Shown one piece after another: positions 55,190 to 64,000 of a stretch of 64,000 bases of DNA (position 1 is the stretch's first letter; each line of letters begins with the position of its first letter). Source of the DNA: Eledone cirrhosa (taxonomy: Eukaryota). The stretch lies in contig OZ024743.1 of the NCBI GenBank assembly GCA_964016885.1, forward strand, positions 217,744,001 to 217,808,000. Reading direction: 5' to 3'. Position numbers and translations under genes: made by a program. Under the pieces are notes generated by a model. It saw only the letters and a list, made by a program, of their open reading frames with translations. It ran no database searches and had not been told where the DNA came from.

Positions 55190-58100
55190 CTTATGTAAAG
55201 AGAAGGCCCATTCACACAGGCCATTCTCGCCACTCTCACCCACCTTTCATAAAAACGACTGGGTGGAGCACCTCTCTCTCCATCCTGATCCTTCTTCCGA
55301 AATGATATCGGAAGAAACGGACCAGTTGTTGGCCAGAGAGAAAGGTGCCTGACCTCAGTCCTTTCAGACGCGTCCACCATACAACTTCTTTCACCATGGC
55401 TATTACGCACAGAAACACCGCCTCTCCTTCATCTTTGAAGGGGGGAGGCGGCTTGATCATTACAATAGACTCGGTGATCAACCGGATCGGTCCCACCCTT
55501 GACAGCAGTTGTTCGACATAGCCCCACAGATCGGCTACGCCTGAGCAGTGTACCAATGCGTGTGCAACGGTTTCCTCGTCGCACACGCATCTGGGACAGA
55601 TCTTTTTGGCGGGGTCCCTACCCGGGCGCCCGTGTCTGTAGAGCTTTTCTCGAACGGGTAGAGCCCCGCGGTAGCACTGCCAGGCCAGGGACTTCTGGAA
55701 GTTGTCCATAGGTCCCGGGCTGAATGTCCTACCGAACAGGCTGGCCAGTTCGTCCTCCTCCATGTCTAGGGCTTCTCCGAGGGCGTCGTCGCCCCTGCTG
55801 CGTACCAGCCCTCTATAGAATGTTGCGGTGGAGTCTCCACTGATAACCGGATCCGCCTGCCAGAGGGCGGTGAGCGCCTGGGCACACTCAGTGTGCCAGG
55901 CGCCCAGTTTTCTCGGTCTTTGCTTGACCCAGGATTGCAGCTCGGTGAGTGAGACGAGTCTGGGAAAGGTTCGTCTCACAAACGAGGCCCACACCGGTTG
56001 ACCGGTGAGGAATACGTAGAGGTGCCGTAGCCTTAATGCGTGTTTACGCATCATTAGCCACGGCATCCCCAGCCCTCCTTTCGAAGGGTGTTGACAGCAG
56101 ATGGATCTCCTCACCATAGGAGCCCGCCTCTTCCAAAGGAATTGGAAGAGCACGCGCTCCATCTTGGTGAGGGTTTCCCTTGGGCAGGGCACTACGGTCA
56201 GGCGGTAGTAGATGACGGACGCTATATAGGTGTTCGCCACCTCCACCCGACCTTTCAGGGATAGTTTGCAACTGGCCCACTTCTGGGTCAGTGCAAACAA
56301 ACTGTTCGTAACCTCCGCCCAGTTTTTCTCCACCTGGAGGTCCGGTCCGAACCAGACCCCGCGCAACTTCACCGGGCCCTCCGTCCAGCGTCCGACGACG
56401 CCATCGGAGGGCATCGGTCTGCCCCTCCACGTGCCGAGTTGCAAACCGATCGACTTGTCCCGGTTCAGCTTAGCCCCTGTGAACCTTTCGTACTCCTCCA
56501 GTAAGGTGCCGACCGCCTCGATTTCGGAGGCCGTCGACACCATCACTGTATCGTCATCGGCGTAGGCCGACACCGCTTTCCGCAATTCCGGTTCCAAAGG
56601 GATGCCCTGCAACAACTACAACGTCCGCAGTAGTGGCTCGAGAGTCAACACATACAGAAGGGAGGAGAGAGGGCACACTTGCCGGATGGACCGCGCGATT
56701 TTGAACGGCTCCGAGAGGTAGCCGTTCACCTTGACCCTAGAGCAGATGCAGTCGCTGTGCATAGCAGTGATCCAGACCCTGAAAACGGGTCCGAAGCCTG
56801 CCGCCGCTAGCACCGCATCCAGGTAACCATGGTCAACCCTATCGAACGCCTTAGATTGATCCAAGTTGATCAGAGCCCCACCAAAGCAGGGTTCGTTCCC
56901 AACCCTCTCTATGATGTATCGCACGAGGTGGAGGTTGTCATGGATGGACCTGGACGGGATAGCGCATGTCTGCGCATCTCCCACCAGGTTGCCCACGACA
57001 AGCGCCAACCTCTTTGCTAGCACCTTGGCCAAAATTTGTAACTCTGTATTTAGCAGAGTTATGGGCCTGAAGTTACTTATTTCATCCCCCTTGTTCTCGT
57101 CCTTCCTCACTAGCGTGACTACGCCCTTGGTCACAGTACAGGGAATTCTCCCGTTCTGTTGCCAGTTGCAGTAGACCGCCTCGAGGAGATCGGGGAACAA
57201 GTCCGGCATAGCTAGATATAATTCGTAAGGAAGACCATCGAGACCCGGGGATTTGCGTTTGCCGCATTGGCTCAGTACGTCCTCTATCTCAGCGGCCGAA
57301 ATCGGCTCCTCGCAGGACTTCGCCTCCCTGTCTGAGAGACGGGGCAGGCCGTCGAGGTATGGACCGAAGTCCACATTCCCAACCGGCTCCCCGCCCCTCC
57401 CGAACAGTCGGGCAAAGTACCTTTGAAAGGCCTCACACATCTGCTTAGGCTCAAGAATCGCCCGTCCATCCAGGTCTCGCAAAGACCGGATGGTGGATTT
57501 AGTTCCATTGTTGGCCTCTGTCACACGGGCCCAGCTAACAGCTTTGGTCCCCTCGTTCCCTAGAGCACGTATTGTACTCCGGACAACGCAACCTTCGTGC
57601 TTCGCGTCGAAAAACTAGCTCAAAGCCGTTCTCGACGCTAGCACTCTGGCCACGTCGCCGCTTCTAATTGCCTCTTCTACTCTATCTATTAGCTCCATTT
57701 CCTTCCTATTCCTATCCGCAGCTAGAACCTTACTAAATTCTATCGAGACTACTCTAATCTCTCTCTTTAGAGATACCCACCACCTGCTGTTGACGATCGC
57801 TCCAGTCAACCGTTCCTTAACTAACGTACTAATCCGATCCCTGTAAGCTCCACTTGCCGGCAAGGACAAGTTGAGCTTCCAGTAACCGGGGCCCTGTCTA
57901 TGCGTTCTATCAAGGTTGACCATGCAGGTCACCAACTTGTGGTCTGAATAGCCAACCATGAGCATTTCTGGACAACTTAAAAAGTCCCTGTCCTTATTTC
58001 TAACTAAAAATCTATCTAGGTACGACCTAGATGATCCGCTGCGATTTGACCAAGACCAGGTTGGCACCGTCGGAAAATCTAGTCGAAATCTATCGGCCAG

Positions 58101-58575
58101 GTCAAATCGGCCGAGTAACCCCTTGAGGCTGTTGCACCCCTCTCTATCGGGACATGCCCCTGCATAGTCCCAACGAGCATCCAGGATACCATTCCAATCC
58201 CCCACTAAAAGCAGGGAACGGGACGTCCCTAGAAAAGACTCCAGACGCTACCAGCCTAAAGGCTCTACCTTCACCACTGCCAAGGTCCAGCGCCACCAGT
58301 CGACCCCCTGGGTCCAAGTGAACTATCTGTGTTGCAAGGCCCATATGTTTTTGCAGCAGAACGACAACCCCACCCCCACCTCCGGGCTGACAGAGAGATG
58401 CGTGCATCTCAAAGTCGTCAAAGGTGGGGGCTAGCTGCCGCATGTTGCTGATCCGGGCCTCGCAGATAACCATCACATTTATAGATTGTGACCCGAGGTC
58501 ATTTAGAAGCATTGCTTGCTTCCAAGATGAGCCCAGGCCACGCGCATTTAGACACCCTACTCTTAGCACAGCCAT
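55190..58575 (-). pseudogene. Tx1-type ORF2 (APE-RT-zf-RVT), copy A
   Basis: ORF pieces 58144-58599, 57615-58205, 56616-57524, 55236-56615. Confidence 0.9.
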
Positions 58576-58599
58576 GTTGGTGGTAAAGAGAAAAGGCAC

Positions 58600-60451
58600 T
58601 TACCTCTCTGCGTCCCGGGAAACGGGCCGCTCAATTTCCATGCTGGTTGGGGATGGGTTGTTGGGTGGGATGGTGGTTTGTGGAAGTGAAGGGGCATCGG
58701 TGTGTTGTGGGGTTGGGATGTTTGTGGTTGAGTGGGTGTCTGGGTGGGGTGGGGGGTGAACTTTTTTAGGAGGACGTGGTTGATTGGTTTGGCGCAGGGG
58801 GGGGCCCACGTCCTCCGTGAAATTTATTTTCAGTGTATTGTACAAGTTCATTGGGACTTTTATCATTTTTAAATGAGGTAGTCCCACAGCAGTTATAAAG
58901 TTAGGCCCTTCAGTTTGGACCGAAGGGTTTGCTGAAATTGCTTTCCGTAATTCTTTGTTGTCTGTGTTCATGTATGTATATTGTAAGGTCTTTTTTGTGT
59001 AGCAGTTAGTGTTGTGTGACAGGGAGGGGTAGTTTGTGTTCTCTTGGGGGGGGGGGGGTTAAAGTTAACATGTGTGTCTGTGGTGCGTCTCCTCTTCTTT
59101 CTTTTTACTTGTTGGAAGGGATCTTTTTCGTCTTGCGACGAAAGGGGTTCGTCTTCTTTGTTGGGTGGGAGGGGTATGTTTTCTGGTAGTGTTTGCGGTG
59201 TGTGTGTTTTTGTATTTGTTTTGGGTGGGGAGGGATTGGGTGGGACAGTATTCTGTGTTATTTTTTCACGTGTTTGTTGTTGTTGTTGTTGTGGTGGTGG
59301 TGGTGGTGGTGGTGGTGGTGGTGCTGTTGTTGGTTTTTGTTGTTGTTGGGGTGGTTGTTTTTGTTGTTGGGGTGGTGTTGGTGTTGGTAGCAGTGTTTTT
59401 TTCTGTGTGAGCTGGGGACAGGCAGCCCTCAGGTGATCTCTATTGCCACAGAGGTAACAGGAGGGACGCCTACCCTCTACAATAATGTTGAGGTGGATAC
59501 GGTCATCCAGCATGACGCGCTCGGGGATTTGGACGATGCGTTCTGGCCTTATTTGGGTCAGAACTTCGATGCTCGTTCCACTGAACGCGTCGCCGGATGC
59601 CTTTCCTATTGAAATGATGTTGTCCTCGTCTAAATTGAGGAAACCGGTTAGTAACCACCAGTAGTTTATATTTGGGGTGATGGTGGTTATCCATATCCTC
59701 TGGGGTTTTTTACCCATGTAGGTGGGGAAGAAGGTGTAGTGTGTGGACCGAATTGGCGACACAGAGTATTTTTTCGCCGCCAATTCGTCTTTCATCAATA
59801 TGGATAAACTCCCATAGAGTTTATCCTTTTGTATAAAAGTGATGTCTCTCATCGCTTCTTTCAGTACTAACTGTATTTGAGCTTGAGATGGTTGTGCTGG
59901 TATTTTTGTTTTATTTAAAATTGTACGGAATACGACAGTCGTAATTCCGTCTGTTTTTTTAGTTCTGGAGGTGGATGTATAGAAAACGAACCGTTTTCGC
60001 CAAAAGATACATATTTCTTGGCTTTTTCCAGCATTTCTTTTGCTTTTGAAATATCTTCCAGCACATACGCGACTGATAATTTAGCCGTTTGTGCAAAAGA
60101 TATTTTAATTTCGTTGTTGGTGTTTGTATTGTTTTGTTTCTCGTCGTTTGAGTTGTTTTCATCTTTGTTGTTGTTGTTGTCTTTCTCGTTTGGTGTGTGG
60201 ATACTTGTGACATTTGTGTTGTTGTTGTTTTTGTTGTCTTTATTGTTGCTGGTGTTGTCGTTGTTGTTGTTGTTGTTTTCAATTTCTTGTATAGTTGTGG
60301 CTACATCTAGTGGTCGGTCAACAGGTGAAGACAATTCTTCCTCTCTCTGACCTCTGCCTTTGGCATCTGCTGCTGTGACAGTGGCAGGGGGAAGCTGTGA
60401 GTGTGACTTCCCCTTTCCTTCTTTGATTGATGGTGAAGATGCTTCAGCCAT
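58600..60451 (-). pseudogene. Tx1-type ORF1, copy A
   Basis: ORF pieces 59915-60460, 58968-59852, 58600-58971. Single CX2CX4HX4C knuckle. Confidence 0.82.
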
Positions 60452-60673
60452 TTTTCTCAAAATAGGGTTTTTCGAAGTTTTTCGAAAGATAAAATGTTTA
60501 CAATACTATTTCGCCCAAAGGCGCAGAATATTTTGAGAGACCGACCAGATCAAAATTTGACCTGGCAGTCCCTCTACAAAATGGTACAAAAATGAAAGTT
60601 AACAGTTTACAATTTCCGGGTGAATTTAAACAAAACTTACCGAGCGAGCTCAGCACATGTGTCCATCGTAAAG

Positions 60674-60674
<1 letters not shown>

Positions 60675-60722
<48 letters not shown>
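60675..60722. repeat. (GATA)n array at the 5' end of Tx1 element A
   Basis: Direct inspection. Confidence 0.95.
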
Positions 60723-60723
<1 letters not shown>

Positions 60724-61200
60724 GGATTAAACCAGTTTTGATTTAGTAAAAACCATTATTTAACGGAACACGCGATACTTGGGATAGAAGAGTGTTACTA
60801 TATTAGAAATTTTCCCTATATGAGTCTTGATGTTTAATGCGAAAGAAAGTGTGAATTAACTAACATTCCTGGAACTATATCGGGGAGAGTTGTCGGATGT
60901 GTATTGAATCGTTCTCATGAAATCGCTAGATAGCAGGAGGGTCAGCCATATCAAATATGGTTTTGGGAGAGGATTTACGGCATTTGATATCAAAATCTTC
61001 AGCGGAAGTGTTGGCATTTTCTCTGTCATATAATATTGCTTTCCCCCATAACCGTTGCACGACCTTCACTTTATCTAGTAGTAATCTAAATTATGTTTGG
61101 TCGGTGTCTATGTGTGTCTTTATGTGTTGGAGTTGTCAGAGTACCACTGAAGATGTTGATTTTTTTTTTGTAGCGTAGTGTATATTAGAGAACTTCTTTT

Positions 61201-62480
61201 ATAGAGTAAAATAGCCCATTGAAATTCAAGTTATAATCACAATGAATCAAATCAATAAGAACTGACAAAACGCTCACATATGTGATCTTGTTGGTGTTCC
61301 TGACGGGGTCTAACTAGCAATGGCTTCAATTTACGACTAGCTCTACTGAGCCATGACGACTTAAATTTATGACGTAAGCTCGTAGCAATTCCAGTTACAC
61401 ACATTGCTTCCTCTACAATTAGTACTCCGACAATAATGTTAAACTCAAACAAAGTTGATTCATAATACAATGAGGGGTGTTTATAGGTTGCCGCTCAACA
61501 AGTCAGAAATATCAGCCTATCATCTCTCAAATTGTACTTCATCATATAAAATCATAATGCAAATCTACATAGTTCCTGATACACCATATCTGAACACAAA
61601 ACGATGTGGTTAAGGCTGATGCATCTTTCATAATACGTCTGCTCGAGCAGAACTATCCTGGGGCTAAATAACAACATCACAAACATGATTTTCAAAGCTG
61701 GCTTACTGCTTCACTAGATGCAAGATAAAAACATATCGTATAAAATCATATAGTGAAAATGAAGGAAACCGGAAATGATTTTAATATATACGACCTAGCA
61801 GTATATATAATCGATTTACCACTGAACAGCTAACAATGTTTTTGTTGTTTTGAAATGCTAATCTTACACATTCTACATATAGAAATATTGCCAGTAACAT
61901 ATACCCTAATTATACATTTAAACATAAACACGCAGATGTGCGTATGTCTCAGTGTGTATGCGTATGTCTGTGCACGTATGTGCCTGTGTATGTGTTTGTG
62001 TTTCTGTGTATCTGAATAAGACTATATAAATATACCAATAAATGTGTATCATAGTTTCATATATGTTAAAGTGGATATCTACATGATTATATACATATAT
62101 ATTTATTTTAGTATACTTCTGAAGTACTGTTTTGCTGTATAAAATATCTCACTTTCGTGCGTGATAGGAGCTTTTAAGCCAATGTGGTGCACTATCTATT
62201 AAGTGGAATGGCCTGAATTCTGCAGTACTCCGGGATAATGGCATAATTTGCACAAACTTAAAACGTTGATTTCTAGAAGTGTATGCAAGACAACATGTTT
62301 AATAGAGTAACATAGCCCATTCAAATTCAAGTTATAATCACAATGAAACAAATTAATGAGAAGTAACAAAATACTCACAAGTGTGACTATGTTGGTGTTG
62401 CTGACGGGGTCTAACTAGCAATGGCTACAATTTACGACTAGCTCTACTGAGCCATGATGACTTAAAGTTATGAAGCAAGG
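61201..62480. repeat. Imperfect direct repeat of about 180 bp (61201-61380 / 62302-62480)
   Basis: atagagtaa.atagcccatt.aaattcaagttataatcacaatgaa ... ctgacggggtctaactagcaatggct ... ctgagccatga in both. Confidence 0.8.
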
Positions 62481-63160
62481 CAAAAATGACGGCAATGTTC
62501 AATTGACTGGCGGGTTCGATTCTGAGGACTTTCAAGTCAAGAGACCCGGACACTATGTTGGTTCTCTGGAGGAGTTTTGTCCTCACCCGACTTGACTATT
62601 GCTCTCAGTTCTGCTCACCCCACAGTATCAAACTAACTACAGAACTTGAAGTAATCCAACGAAACTACACCAAGAGGATTGCCTCTAAGAAAGAGATGAG
62701 CTACTGGGAGAGGATGAAAAACTAAAACTTTACTCCATGGAGTGACGATGTGAGAGATACGTAGTGACATATGTATGGAAGATCCTGGAAGGGTTGGCAC
62801 CAAACTTCGGCATTGAGGGCAGGAACAACCCACGAATAGGACGCTACTTTATCGTGCCAAATATCCCATCTGTTGCATCAAGAATAAGGGCCACATATTG
62901 CAATAACATGGGATTCAAGGAATCCCAGATTTTTAATAACCCGCAAAAAAATCTGAGACATCTACATGTAGATGTTTTGAAGAGACATGTCGACATTTTA
63001 CTAACCAAGATCCTGGATGAACCTACAGCGCGAGGCGAAGCGCAAATAAGTTTGTTTTTTTGCATCAAAGGTTTACCAGGGAAGGCTGGCTGTAGAAATT
63101 GTAGCATCAATGGCGGTGCCCCAGCATCGCATCAGCATATAAGCTGGAACACGTAATAGA
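62480..63160 (+). pseudogene. CR1/L2-group LINE 3' fragment
   Basis: ILRTFKSRDPDTMLVLWRSFVLTRLDYCSQF.SP, LEVIQRNYTKRI, SYWERMK..LYSME.R.ERY..YVWKILEGLAPNFG. Confidence 0.78.
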
Positions 63161-63161
63161 G

Positions 63162-63192
<31 letters not shown>

Positions 63193-63503
63193 TTATATTT
63201 AGAGATTACTGTGTACTAACCTGAGGACAACCAACCTCAGGTTTCATTCTACAGTGGTATCTTTCAATTGCATTGTTACGTAAGCCAAGCTCAATATGGC
63301 GTACATTCGTTTGGTAGCGAAATTAATTAAATGATAAATTCTCATTCGGCACATAGACATATAAATACACACACAACACAATTTTTGCATCAATTTTGTT
63401 TAATATTTTTCGAATATTTATATATGTAGCTAGACGTGTAAATATATTGCTGGTCTTTGGAAGCATAGGGAGTATTTGAAATGTGAAATTTAAACACCAT
63501 AGC

Positions 63504-63675
63504 AATGGTTTCTGATTTAGGCACAACGCATTACTGGTACTTTATTTTATTGAACTGCATGGATGAATGACAAAGCTAACCTCGGCGGGATTTGAACGCA
63601 GATTGTAAAGTGCCGTAACTCTATACCGCTAAGCATATTGTCCGACGCTCTATCTATACTGTCAAACCAGCGCCC
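63504..63675 (-). mobile_element. tRNA-derived SINE
   Basis: Reverse complement of the SINE consensus (cctcggcgggatttgaac, tccgacgctcta, ...cagcgccc). Confidence 0.8.
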
Positions 63676-64000
63676 ATAATAATAGTCAGTCACTATAAAT
63701 AATAGTTGAGAAAATCTGGTAAAGCACTAGTGCGAACGGCATACATTCTACAATATATAATAATATTAATATATTACTCAATGTTAAGTAACGTTTATCC
63801 TCAACAGTTCAACAACTTAACCGGTAACCGCATGTGGCTAATTATTGTTGTTACTAAATGAATTTATCTTCAATATTAGTATAGAACTTCCACATAGAAG
63901 GCTATAAAATATACGGTATGTGATCGGTAATGTCACCTGCATATTGATATTTTGGGAACCTTGTAAAGTTGGGTGTACTTTGTAACATTACGATGGAACG

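Larger units (their letters stand above)
54939..60674 (-). mobile_element. Full-length Tx1/L1-clade LINE, copy A (few stops and frameshifts)
   Basis: ORF1 from ATG 60451 with CYLCGNRDHLRAAC. ORF2 from ATG 58575: LNARGL APE, GDWNG, SYLDR, YSDH; RT FRPITLLN, DQSKAFD, AYADD; zf CPRC. Ends aataaaagaaac-(atct)n. Confidence 0.94.

Overview
Gene-free, AT-rich, microsatellite-saturated eukaryotic (animal) DNA. The SINE types and (TA)n/(CA)n density suggest an octopus or other cephalopod genome, which is an inference. No host exon can be supported, and nearly all short ORFs are microsatellite read-through. Content: decayed Penelope-like elements (two with a Hydra-clade-like RT and Cys-rich linker, GIY-YIG visible in one; one Neptune/Nematis-like GIY-YIG 3' half), a Chapaev3-like DNA transposon nested in one of them, two full-length but frameshifted Tx1/L1-clade LINEs sitting head-to-tail inside (GATA)n arrays, R4/Dong-, CRE- and CR1/L2-like LINE fragments, about 10 copies of a tRNA-derived SINE, and mariner-type MITEs. 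The most striking signal is about 18 minimal type-I hammerhead-ribozyme motifs in at least 7 sequence families, read by eye from the sequence. Three non-coding families occur as head-to-tail or inverted, circularly permuted 450-540 nt units with one hammerhead each (retrozyme-like, circRNA-type elements). Several families use the compensated non-canonical U3:A8 core. All ribozyme activity is predicted, not shown.
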